This document shows, piece by piece, positions 51,827 to 64,000 of a DNA stretch of 64,000 nt (its first letter is position 1; the number at the start of each line of letters is the position of its first letter). A program made the translations under genes and the position numbers. The notes under the pieces are model-generated. The model did no database searches and was not told the origin of the DNA. It saw only the letters and a program-made list of their open reading frames with translations. The stretch comes from Octopus bimaculoides (lineage: Eukaryota), in the NCBI RefSeq assembly GCF_001194135.2, contig NC_068994.1, positions 1,026,298-1,090,297 on the forward strand. The letters are read 5' to 3'.

Positions 51827-52214
51827 GATATGATGATGATGATGATGACACATCCATATACATACATATATATATTCCTACACACATACACATATTCAAT
51901 GTTTTGATGTGTGTGTGTGTGTGTGTGTGTGCTTTTATTCAACACCGGCATTAAGAAGACTGTAGGTCAATGTTACTTTAGTATTTCTGTCAACGATGGT
52001 TTGTGTTGCATGTCCACATTTCTAGAATCCTCAAATAGTCAAATATATCTTTTATATCTTTTCCCAGCAAAAATTTTCTCTGTCACTCACCAGTTATCTT
52101 TTTTTAAAACTATTAAATCTTCATTTTTACAGTTTGCTCCTCCGGTCTGTGAAATGCCATCTTATCCAGAATATTGATGTCCTAGAAGCTGTCCAGAGAT
52201 GAGTACCTAGACAA

Positions 52215-52421
52215 ATGCCTATGCTGGTGCCGCATATAAAGAACCCAGCACACTCTGCAAAGTGGTTGGCATTAGGAAGGACATCTAGCCATAGAAACCT
52301 ATGCCAAACCAGATTGGAACATGGTGTAGTTCTCTGGCTCCCCAGTTCCAGTCAAACTGTTCGACCCATGCCAGCATGGAAAGTGGGCGTTCAATGATGA
52401 TGATGATGATGATGATGATGA
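52215..52421 (+). mobile_element. RTE-type 3' tail ending in (GAT)n
   Basis: ggttggcattaggaaggacatctagcc..ccatgccagcatggaaa..(GAT)n. Related decayed copies at 5875-5975, 6685-6801, 14320-14400, 42320-42425 and 43540-43745. Confidence 0.75.
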
Positions 52422-52881
52422 TTACCACATCTTGAATGACTTGCTTCTCTTTGCAGCAGCACACTAAAGCCTTGGGGTCATGTCAATTTAATGTGACAGT
52501 CCCATAAAAGCCAAACTAACTGCCCTCTGAACCTCTCCAACCTCACCTCACCTCACTCTGACCGCTATGCATTCATAATATTTACCTTCACTTCTAATTA
52601 GCTTACCTAATTAACTAAAGCTATTAACTACATATTTTTTCAATACTATTTCTATCGATTACTCTTGCACGCTGGCCTCATACAAAGTCCAAGTTCTTTA
52701 TCAGCCGACTTGTGATCCCGCTTCCCCCCTTTTCCTTCATATTCAACATGGCCATTTGTCTAACAACAGCAATGACTAGTCTTCCTCCCTAACTAGGATT
52801 TGAGCCTTTGCTAAGCTGTTGTACACACTGCCATATACACATATATCTACACATACACACACATCATGTATGTATGCATGA

Positions 52882-52916
<35 letters not shown>

Positions 52917-53431
52917 NNNNNNNNNNNNNNNNNNNNNNNNNNNNNNNNNNNNNNNNNNNNNNNNNNNNNNNNNNNNNNNNNNNNNNNNNNNNNNNNNNNN
53001 NNNNNNNNNNNNNNNNNNNNNNNNNNNNNNNNNNNNNNNNNNNNNNNNNNNNNNNNNNNNNNNNNNNNNNNNNNNNNNNNNNNNNNNNNNNNNNNNNNNN
53101 NNNNNNNNNNNNNNNNNNNNNNNNNNNNNNNNNNNNNNNNNNNNNNNNNNNNNNNNNNNNNNNNNNNNNNNNNNNNNNNNNNNNNNNNNNNNNNNNNNNN
53201 NNNNNNNNNNNNNNNNNNNNNNNNNNNNNNNAACTTGAGCCCTGAACTCCCCATAAAAACAGGGCAAGCTTCAAACACTAGTCAGAAGCAAGACAACTGC
53301 AACATAAGCCATGGCTTTCTATTTGGACTTTCTGGACAATCAGTGTAAACTGTGAAACCGGTTAAAGCTTTAGATGTATTGATAAAAAGTATTTTAATTA
53401 TTCTCAGTGCATTTTCAACTTCTATTTTTCC

Positions 53432-53469
<38 letters not shown>

Positions 53470-54916
53470 TCAGATACCCACATATATCATGCTTGACCTT
53501 GTACCTTTATAAGAAATCTTATTGCTAAGAATGGGTCAGTGAACTGACAGAAATGACAGAATATTATTTAGTTCCATAACTTTACATCCTGAGTTCAAAT
53601 CTGACCAGGGATGATTTTAACTTTCTTCCACCAAAGGGAAGGTAAAATAAATACCAGTTATATACTTTTGTTAATTCATTCCCCAAATTTGCAGTCCTTT
53701 GTTAATATAATTCAAAAATATTTTTATTCGAGCTCTTTCATCACTGAAGACTGTGCCTCTTTCGCCATCAACAACATTAGTAAAACACTGTATGAAAGGT
53801 TATGAATTTCAACTTTATTACATCTTTGCTGTCTAATTTTGGTTGTCAGTCAATTTTACCTTTTTTCAGTAGAAATAAGTAGAGTGGTTGACTTTATTGA
53901 GTCTAAACCCAACAAACAACCTTCTCCACTTAATTGGAGTTAGGTTGCTTGGTGTAAAAACAAGGTTTTTATTATTATTATTGTTGTTATTTTTTCCGGA
54001 TGACAGCTTCATATTTAGAATGTATATTTTACAATATTTCCACTACATTTCTATTAGTTTGATCTCTGGGCTGACTGTACAAACCCAGAAATAAGTCATC
54101 TGATGACAATCAGAGTTTGAACCGTTCTATACGTAGTGTAAATATTGTAATTATACGCTCAGAAGATTAGGTTAATTGTCTGGAAAATTATCATCTGAAT
54201 CATAATAATTGATCTCTGAATGTTAGACAAAGTTTTCTTGTTTAGTGCCATAATATGAAGAAGACATTTCAAGTAGGAGATGTCAACCATGTCAGCTTTC
54301 CTGAAGGACTTTTCAGTGTGTTTATATAAAGCGTAGAATATGTGAAGCTGGTAGGAGTCGTGTTATATGCCATCACTTTCTGCTTATTTGATTGCAGTGT
54401 AAAGGGGACTACAGGATATAAATAGTAACCCTATTCTTATTATTGTGTAAGTTAGGTCAGCCCTGATTCAACAGAACTAAGGTACATAGCTTGCTGGCTG
54501 CATGAATACGTGTGTGTAATCCACAGATCCATATCTCTGTGGATCTACCATACGTCCCTCAAGTAAAGAGCCACACTGCATGTTCTGACATACAGTGAAG
54601 ATGAACTATATATGGGGGTCTGTACGGTAGGATGGGTCTGAATGTTGTACACTCCTCACTTTTATGTTAACTCTGCATCTGGCAAATAATGAGAGCCATT
54701 CCAGCCTTGGCCATCCAGGCTTTTTAAAAATATAGAGAACTATTTTATCAAATTTTATCTTATTTAAATGGCTGAGAGTAATCTGAAGGATGTTTTGCTG
54801 TTATTTCTAGCTGGTTGAGTGACCATATGATGTTGTTGTTATTATTGTTTAGCCTCAGGATTATGTTATCCATGGTAAAGAGTGATAAATAATTATTGAT
54901 ATTACAGGAGTTATTT

Positions 54917-55190
54917 AAGGTAGCGAGCTGGCAAAATCGTTAGTTTGAAACAATTATTATAATTATTATGATTGATAAAGTGAAGGTGGTAAGCTGGTTG
55001 AACCATTCCTGTTCTTTTTTTTTTTTTTTGTCTGTTTTTACATTCTGAGTTCAAATGTACTGAAGTTGACTTTGTTTTTCATCCTTTCAGGGTTGATAAA
55101 ATAAGTACCAGTTGCACACTGGGGGTTGATGTAATAGACTTACCCCCCTTCCCGAAATTGCTGGCATTGTGACAAATTTTGAAGCCAATT
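54917..55190 (+). mobile_element. SINE family B copy with disrupted head
   Basis: ttctgagttcaaat..ttcatcctttcagggttgataaaataagtaccag..aaattgctggcattgtg. Another decayed copy lies at 53545-53715. Confidence 0.75.
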
Positions 55191-55976
55191 TTACTGAAGT
55201 TATATTCTTTAAAAATATGTTGAAGCAAAGTGAAAAAAAAATTGAAAAAGGGGGAAAAAGTGCTGAAATGATATTACACAGGTAAGAATCTGCTTTGCAA
55301 CTGCATGGTGCTGTGTTCGATCCTGCAGCTTGCCTCTCATAGCTTTAGGTTGACCAATAACTTGAAATTGGAATTTGTTGGCTGGAAACTGTGGAACTCC
55401 ATTGTGTGTGTGTGTGTGTTATTCTAATGATGTATATTGGCAAAGAATTTAAACATTAGCAACAAAAATGAAAATCTCTTGTCTCTTGAATAAAGCCCCT
55501 TGAAATATTTGTTTTATGCCAAGTGAGAGACACTCCCTTGTCACTCTGACAGGCAGAGAAGCAGTGAACCATTGATTGATCTATTAGAAACTTGCACCCA
55601 ATAATGCTGTTGTTGGCAAATTGCAATATAAAATAAATAAATAAACTGAAGCCAAATCGTTTAAGAAAATTCTGTCTACAGTGGATCACTGACAGTAAAT
55701 TAGTTATTAACTGTTGTTGGGTTGGTTGCAGATAAAATTGGAATCTGTTTTGTCTGTGAGCATATTTTAGGATATTAAACTATGATTATCAATTGTCAAG
55801 TGTTGTTTTTTGGGGAACAGCCTCTCTCTCTTTCTCACAAACACACACATATACACATGTACACACACAAACACCCCCTCTCTCTCTCTTTCTCTCTCTC
55901 TCTTAATATACATTTATATACTTACTTTTTCTATTTACATTGGTTTGCTTATGTAGTTAGTTTTCCTCATCTATTG

Positions 55977-56029
<53 letters not shown>

Positions 56030-56640
56030 ATGCATATGGCTGTCCACCTGTCACCATACCTAGCTAGTTACCTGCCTATTCACTTTACCTACCTACCTAA
56101 GCTTCTTTCTATTTCTCTCTGTATCTATTTACCTACCAATATTCTTTTCTCTCTCACTCTCTTTTGCTTTCTCTCTCTCTCTCTCTCTCTCTGTCTATTT
56201 AGTGTGTTAAGTAACATAGATTGTAATATTTCTACTTTATTATAAACATGTCAACTCTAAGTTGTACAATATTGTCCCTGCCCCCCATCCGTCTCACTTC
56301 ACCCCAATTTCTCCCATAAATCTTTTGGCATTATTAATATGTAATTTCACATGTCAAAGAATATATTCGTCTAACTCATAAAAATATATTCAGGATGATG
56401 AATCTTTTGATGGAATGGATATAATTGCAAAGAACATGTTGCCTCCCCTTATTTCTCCTCCTCCTCCCCCCCCCACTCTGCTGCTGTCTTTCACATAATT
56501 TACTGAAATGCTTTTACAATGTTTTAGGCATTTTGATTTATGGAAACCCATTAATTCAAATATTTCCTGAGCTATGGACCAAAAATGAAAATGGCTATAA
56601 AATAATAACAATAATAATAAGAATAATAACAATAATAATG

Positions 56641-56675
<35 letters not shown>

Positions 56676-58149
56676 AATAAGCTAAAATCAAAGCAAAAAT
56701 CTCAACAGAAGCAAAATATCTGAACAGCAAACTGAAATACTTGTTTAAGATAAACAATCTACTGCTTCTTTTAACGTTGATTTAGATGAAGAGATTGTGA
56801 GGAGCATTAAATTAACTCTTGCGATTTCACTCAACTTTCGATGCTGACAGACTCAATCTTTACCAGAATTTTTACTTGTCAAAACAGTAGTGCTGCTGTT
56901 TCATGCTTTATTTGTTATTTCTTCCCAATTTACATCAGACTTCACGATTAAAAAAAAAAATAATAAATAAAGCAATGAAAATAACAAATAACAAAAAAGA
57001 AAGTCAAAGCATCAAAAAATATTTAAAAAGTCATTTGTTGATAAAAAAATTTTATCAATTAATTTTAACAGTTTTCTTCCATCCACCCTTGTTAATTAAG
57101 GGTGGATGGATGGTAAACCACTGAAGTGATATTTTGATTCTAATAATCATTTATTTCTGATAAAGATTGTTCAATGTTCCATGCCAATAGTTTAACCTTC
57201 GTATTAAAAGACAAGCATGGAAGATAGTGTTAACCTTTCTCTTTATTTTTACTGTGACTCTACAAAGACACGGATCAGCCCATAGCTCATATAGATCCCA
57301 TCAATAAAAACGGTGAAAGGTTTAAAAATGGCAACAGCTATCACATTTCAGAAGTGCCAAACACTCTTTCATATCATATTCATAGATTCTATTTTGTCAC
57401 CTCTTTCTTTACATCAATCTCACAAAAGCTATGAGCCACACATATACCCACTTTCATATCAGATATAAACCATATAACCACTCCCTTTCTCAACTGTAAT
57501 CAAAAGGTCATGCCTCCCCCCAAATTAAACTGTGCTTCTCATTCTGGTCCTTCTCACCTAAGGCAACATGGCCACCCGGTCTTTTATCTTTTCTTCAGAT
57601 ACAATATATATTTTGCCAATATTCTAGACTCATTTTACTTCAAACACGATTATTTCCCCTTAATTTTGTGTTATTTCTTTATGTTTTTAATAAAGCTATT
57701 TGTGTAGAGAATTACTGGAGGCACTTCAATATGATGGGCAATAATTGAGCAGAAAATGGTAAAATAGAAGTAAAACACTTAAAGAAATATATTTTGTTTA
57801 ATTCTTTGTGTGAAATGGAAGGACTTTCTGCCTTAAGCCTGCAAACAATGTGTGTGATTGAAGAAAAATGTATTTGAAAGTAACTTTAACACAAGTTGGA
57901 GAGGAACTAGTTTGCATCAGGGGTGATGGTAGTGTTGGGGCAATGGAGAAGAAATTTACTGGAATTAATTTATTGGAGGAAGTCACTTCACAAAAGGAGA
58001 CAGTGTATATCAGAAGGTAAAGAGTTCAAATATTTGTCGGACTGATGGTTTGCTGTGGAACTGGTTGATCAATCAGGTAGGAGTAACATGCATGAGATTC
58101 TTCCAATTTCTGGATCTGTTGCTGCAGTTTCTCTATAAGAATTTAGTGT

Positions 58150-58212
58150 TTACATCTGGGCACTGTTTTCTGTCGAGCTTTGGGGATAAACTGTATTCAA
58201 TGTTTTCCAGGG
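58150..58212 (-). other. Candidate terminal exon start of an upstream minus-strand gene (PWKTLNTVYPQSSTENSAQM* in phase 0)
   Basis: Strong acceptor tttttttttcttttcag| at 58213, followed by about 1.5 kb of repeat-poor, UTR-like sequence. Confidence 0.25.
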
Positions 58213-58300
58213 CTGAAAAGAAAAAAAAAAATTTAAGTTTTGAATATGTTACAAATTAGAATGGAAACTAAAAAATGCAATTTATTATTATTATTTCATA

Positions 58301-58463
58301 GGCGCAGAAGTGGCTGTGTGGTAAGTAGCTTGCCTACCAACCACATAGTTCCGGGTTCAGTCCCACTGCATGGTACCGTGGGCAAGTGTCTTCTTCTACA
58401 GCCTTGGGCCAACCGAAGCCTTGTGAGTGGATTTGGTAGACGGAAACTGAAAGAAGCCTGTCG

Positions 58464-58464
<1 letters not shown>
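58301..58464 (+). mobile_element. SINE family A, 5' half (low divergence)
   Basis: ggcgcagaagtggctgtgtggtaag..ccgggttcagtccc..gggcaagtgtctt..ggaaactgaaagaagcc, then (AT)n. Confidence 0.85.
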
Positions 58465-58495
<31 letters not shown>

Positions 58496-59061
58496 AGCAT
58501 CAATGGCTGTGCATAATATTGGATTTCTTTGATGTCTGCCAGGGGACATGTAGAAGTGTTTTGTTAATGAGTCTGGGTGGGTAAGAACATGGGAAAGAGA
58601 AAGGCAAGTAATAATATTGTAAATAAAAATAACAAAGCAGAGAAGATAAAATAAAACAAGAAACAAACAAGGAGTTGGTGTAAAGAAAAAATAGCAGAGA
58701 TTATCTCTGTATGGAGTTCTGGATTATCAGAGATTATCACTGTATGGAGTTCTGGAAGTGTAGAGGAATGGTAAAGTGGAATAATGCTATTTTGAAAGAT
58801 AAAATTTGTAAAAAATTACTTTGAATACAAATAGGTGTTTTATTTTGAAATAATCACTAAAAGTAAATAAAATGAACTTAAAGATGAAAATGGTTGGTAT
58901 AGAAGAGAGACATAAATCTTGCTTGAGTTTGAGAGGTGGAGCAGTATGGAATGAAGGTTGTTTGGGGATTTGGGGGGTGAAGTTTAGAGTTTATTTCTCA
59001 ATAGTTCAGCATAGGTGTTCTCTTTTTCACTGATCTTCTGTATGTATGTATGTAGTATATA

Positions 59062-59109
<48 letters not shown>

Positions 59110-59661
59110 CTGTTGATTACAAATGGTTTGTTGTTTGTTTATGTCAGTAATATTGGCATCAAACCACTGAAACCATTGAAATGGTAATACATCTTAGTAT
59201 TTTATGTACAGAACTGAATTCCTGCCCCAGATTGTTTCACTAACATTGATTTTCCTTCCCCCACCTTTGCCCTCCACACCATTGCTATTTTCTACAGTTC
59301 AAACACCAGATCAATACAAACAGAAGATCAATAAATTTAATCTCTGTTCCATAATGTTCCTCCTTCAAGCGACATTTTGAATTTATTGTTTGGTCTGTTC
59401 GTTTTCTTCTTGGGCTAATTTCTTGTTGGACACTTACAGAGGTAACCACCTATACCAACACCACCACCACCACCACCAAGACCACCACCACCACCACCAC
59501 CACCGCCGCCGCCGGCGGTCTTAGTCACCGTTTCAGCTGTGATTTTAGTCAGCATCGCACCACTTTATGGCTGGTGTTGCTAACTCCATGACAAATGTGA
59601 ATTTAATATGCATGCACATATGCATATATTACTGACATGTTCATAGATATATATATATGCA

Positions 59662-59698
<37 letters not shown>

Positions 59699-60024
59699 TC
59701 AAAAGTGTGGCTCCATGTGTCTTAAACTGAAGAACCAGATAGTTAACCACCGACTGTGATGTAGCAGCTTTATCCATCATCTATTCTTTTACATAATCTC
59801 CACTTTAATATCTTGTTAACTCATTGGTATTATTGCCTTCAGCATCCCTATGATAATGAGGTTGATCTCCTCCTCCTCCTCTTTCTGATCATCATCATCA
59901 TCATTATAATCATCACCATCATCATAACCGTCATCATATTCATAGTTACCATAATCATGTTACAAGTTCACTGGCTTCCAACACAGTTTATAATTAGTAA
60001 ATACTTCATCAATCGATGAGCAGT

Positions 60025-60064
<40 letters not shown>

Positions 60065-60480
60065 NNNNNNNNNNNNNNNNNNNNNNNNNNNNNNNNNNNN
60101 NNNNNNNNNNNNNNNNNNNNNNNNNNNNNNNNNNNNNNNNNNNNNNNNNNNNNNNNNNNNNNNNNNNNNNNNNNNNNNNNNNNNNNNNNNNNNNNNNNNN
60201 NNNNNNNNNNNNNNNNNNNNNNNNNNNNNNNNNNNNNNNNNNNNNNNNNNNNNNNNNNNNNNNNNNNNNNNNNNNNNNNNNNNNNNNNNNNNNNNNNNNN
60301 NNNNNNNNNNNNNNNNNNNNNNNNNNNNNNNNNNNNNNNNNNNNNNNNNNNNNNNNNNNNNNNNNNNNNNNNNNNNNNNNNNNNNNNNNNNNNNNNNNNN
60401 NNNNNNNNNNNNNNNNNNNNNNNNNNNNNNNNNNNNNNNNNNNNNNNNNNNNNNNNNNNNNNNNNNNNNNNNNNNNNNNN

Positions 60481-60745
60481 ACGAAAACGGCCACGCTCGA
60501 AATGGTGTCTTTTATGTGCCACCCGCACAAGCCAGTCCAGGGGCACTGGCAACGATCTCGCTCGAAAATCCTACAGGAGCCAGTCAGGCGGTACTGGCAA
60601 CATATATATATATATATATGTATATGTATATATATACACACACACACACACACACATACATACATACATACATACATACATACATACATACAGTCTGATT
60701 TGGCATGGTCTTCTATGGCTAGATGCCCTTCCTAATGTCACCCAC
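60481..60745 (-). mobile_element. RTE-LINE 3'UTR fragment interrupted by microsatellites
   Basis: Shares the subrepeat and the gatgcccttcctaa segment with 62530-62830. Confidence 0.75.
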
Positions 60746-61923
60746 ATACAAATATTATTCTCTGCTATATTCTTGCTTCAGGTTTTACATTAGTAGATCA
60801 GCTTTAATCTATTATAAAGTCTTTTGTTCGTCAGGTGCCTGATAATCTCCAAGTAAGTTGTGGTTCGTCTCAGTCGTTGAGAATGGACTGCATTGGCGGT
60901 GATTTAGTTATCTCTCTCCATCAAACTAAACACAATTGATTTTCTTTTTCGTCAGCTCATGAAGGTTTCACCAGTTGTCACTCTGAAGTACTTTGTCTTG
61001 CCAATTAAGTCAATATTATACCAATTAAGTCGATATTATGCCATTTAAATCAATACTACAACTGGCTTGCTACTAATGGAAGCATTATTTCTTCAGAACT
61101 TGGACCAATGGAACTTTCCTTTGCAAAAGTTCTGTTTTTAGTTTTTATATTTTTCAAGCAGCAGACATTTTCTTTTCCTTTCTAATTACTCTTTTACCTC
61201 AACTGGAGAATTTCTTTCAATGATTTTTCTTATATGTTTTTGTTGTTCTATCCATTCCGGCTTGGCTAATTGCTAGAACGAACAGTTAGGTTGGGTAGTG
61301 ACTTACAAAACTAGGAACTCTTATTTCTTCCATTGTTGTTCTGAAAATGGTAAACTTATTATTATATTGTAGCTACGCATAAAGGTAGTCTCATAAGTTT
61401 ACAAAGTCTTATTACAGAATGAAAGCCACTACATCAATCCAGAGAAGAACAATGAGAGCATTAGAAAATTTAAGACAAAATGCTACAAATATGTTTAGTA
61501 AAATGTCATTTCGATGTTTCTCTTGAACAGCAAAGAGATGCCTACCTGAAATATATGGACAGAAAGAAAATTCTAGGGGAAGGAAAGACTGGAAAAAGTG
61601 ATTTGTTAAGGGTCTGCAGGAGGAAGGTAATAGGTGGGTGGGGGGACGATACGGGTAATGGGAAGAGTTGAATGGTCCTAAGAGAAGTTGGAATGAGACC
61701 AGCCAACTGCAAGGAACTTTAATCACTTTGGTTGTTATAGAATCATCACAATAAAGATAATTTGAAGTTATCAGTTCAGTTCTTCCTTCCATGTTTGTAG
61801 ACTGGCCTAGAATTCATTAGAATCCATTCTATTTATCTAATAAAACAGTTTTGATCTATCTCAAATATGACTTCAGTTCAATTGTAGCATTTACAAGTAT
61901 TTTGTTTTTTAAATCATCATCAC

Positions 61924-61965
<42 letters not shown>

Positions 61966-62477
61966 TTAATGTCTATTAAATGATGGAGGAGGAGGAGGAG
62001 GAGGAATGTGATGACTTTGTTATGTAGATAAAAGTCAATAGAATTATTAGAAATAATAAATATGGAGTCATTTTTGGGGACTGGCAACCAGTGACATGTT
62101 GTGGGGCATTAAAATGAGATTAGAGCCATAGCAGTGTATGAAGAAGAGGAAAATAAGGAAAGAAGAAAACTTGATATGGAAGTGAAAGCATGGAAAGTGT
62201 TAGATGAAATAATGAGAAATAAGAATGGCTGGCAGTAAGGTGAGACATCCATCAAAATATTAGCAGCTGGCAGACTAACAATATATCTTGTTGTCTATTT
62301 GGTTCATAACACCACTCATATTCTTTTTATGGTTCTCTTATCTCGGCACACACCTGGCTTCTCTTCCTTGGCAATATTCCTTGGTGAGGCAAAAACCATC
62401 TCTTAGAAGACAGTTTTATGTCATCTACCTCATATTTAAATAAATTACCTTTTCAGTTTACCTTATGTGAACATATA

Positions 62478-63065
62478 TCATCATCAACATCACCATCACC
62501 AACCATTGCTGCTTTCACCACTACCACCACCACCACCACCACCAGAAGGCTGCACCAGTCTCCAATCTGATTTGGAAAAGTTTCTACAGCTGGATGCCCT
62601 TCCTAACACCAACCACTCTGAGAGTGTAGTGAGTGCTTTAATGTGCCACAGACATGAGGGCCAGTCAGGTGGTATAGGCATCGACCACACTCAAATGGTG
62701 CTTTTTATGTGCCACCCGCACAGGAGCCAGTCAAGTGGTACTGGCAATGGTCATGCTCGAATGGTGCTTTTAACGTTCCACTGGCATGGGTGCCAGTCAG
62801 GTGGTATTGCCATCAGCCACGACAACGATTTCACTTGCCTGAATAGGTCTTCGCAAGTGGAGATCATTGCCCAATGTTTGTAGGTTACTCTTAAATGGGC
62901 TGGTTATGCAGCACTGGCATAAGCCATGGTTATGGTCTCACTTGGCTTGCCAAGTCTTCTCAAGCACAGCATACCTCCAAGGTCTCGGTCACTTGCCATT
63001 GCCTCAGAAAGGCCCAATGTTCAAAGGTCATGCTTCACCACCTCATCCCAGGTCTTCCTGGGTCT
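62478..63065 (-). mobile_element. RTE-type LINE 3' end: ORF2 C-terminus, 3'UTR with about 65-bp subrepeats, (GGT)/(GAT)n tail
   Basis: RPRKTWDEVVKHDL*TLGLSEAMASDRDL(fs)WRYAVLEKTWQAK* at 63065-62938. Subrepeats start at 62633, 62698 and 62764. Confidence 0.85.
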
Positions 63066-63934
63066 ACACACATATATATATATAACCTTGATATTCATAT
63101 TTCTTGTGAAACCATAGAGTTGTATCTGGAAAGATTTGTTTTAGTTGGTAGAGAGTGATGAGACAGTAGTGTGGAGTCTTCTCGGACTGCAGGCAAGGCC
63201 AAAAAGGTATATGAAAGACAAGTAGTTGTCTTTTTGAATAAAGAAGATTTAATTGTATTATAAACCTTGAAGTTACAGCCCAACATTATGAGAAATAGTA
63301 TTATTCAACTTATTGCTTAAAATTACACTTTAACATCCCAAAAGATTTTCTATATTCAGTATGTAGACACTTCCCCACCATCTATAAATATCATAAATAC
63401 TAGCGAATTCTCAACATTTCTGTAAAAATATATGGGGGAAATAAGACATCTCTAACTAGTTGAATTTTTTGCCATTACACAACTGTAATATTCCTACTAG
63501 CTTCTAACAAAATGTTTGATATCTTTCAATATCTGCAGTTTATCATGCAAAAGCCTCCTTTACTGATAAAATCACCCCCAGAAGTTAAAATCCTTGCAAA
63601 ACAAGGTATTCTCGGTGCATTCATACTTTTAAAATTTCTCACAGATATTATGACAAACCTTGTCCAAATGCACCTGGAATTTAATGGGCAAAAAGCATCA
63701 TTGAACATGCATTCCCATACAAACAGGATGTGGAGTTATGTTTGTTTACTAAGAGAAAAAAAAAAACTGAGTATTCTATTATAAGATATCAATGCTGTCA
63801 ATAAGAAAAATGAAGTTTCGCAGACAGTTTGGCAAATTTGACAAAGGAATTTTAAATGACTTACTGCTTAATAAATTTTTTCTTACTGATATACTAGAAG
63901 GAAGAAGATTTTGCTCCACAGAATATATTTGTGA

Positions 63935-64000
<66 letters not shown>

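Noticed and set aside
54095-54130. CTGATGA hammerhead-like motif
   Set aside because: No convincing stem II, GAAA or stem I.
58301-58380. tRNA gene calls for SINE heads (also 7300-7356, 18230-18315, 48995-49062)
   Set aside because: A/B-box-like motifs run directly into repeat bodies; I could not fold a complete cloverleaf.
60950-61000. CTCATGA..GAAG hammerhead-like motif
   Set aside because: Core mutated and stems absent.
61400-61700. Possible decayed LINE C-terminus
   Set aside because: No motif could be read with confidence.

Overview
AT-rich, microsatellite-saturated animal genomic scaffold with 15 N-gaps. The gene and repeat content point to an octopus (coleoid cephalopod) genome; this is an inference. 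The one solid protein-coding locus is a minus-strand protocadherin. Its large exon (20899-18503) encodes the signal peptide, six cadherin repeats, the TM segment and the start of the tail, and ends at a phase-0 GTAAGA donor. A second coding exon missed by the ORF track (8769-8599) encodes a YEEIP-type cytoplasmic motif. Several further exons and promoters are candidates only. The rest is transposon-derived: two tRNA-headed SINE families, RTE-LINE 3' ends, an intact R4/Dong-type endonuclease fragment, a Penelope GIY-YIG remnant, two maT-like mariner fragments (DD37D spacing counted in one), a hAT MITE with an 8-bp TSD, a TA-flanked foldback MITE and a 72-bp minisatellite. The most unusual element is a SINE-like unit joining a tRNA-type Pol III head to a Penelope-type minimal hammerhead ribozyme. 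It occurs as two inverted copies flanking protocadherin exon 2. Nearly all other ORFs in the track are microsatellite or N-gap artefacts. All exon, promoter and RNA-structure calls were made by eye and lack transcript support.
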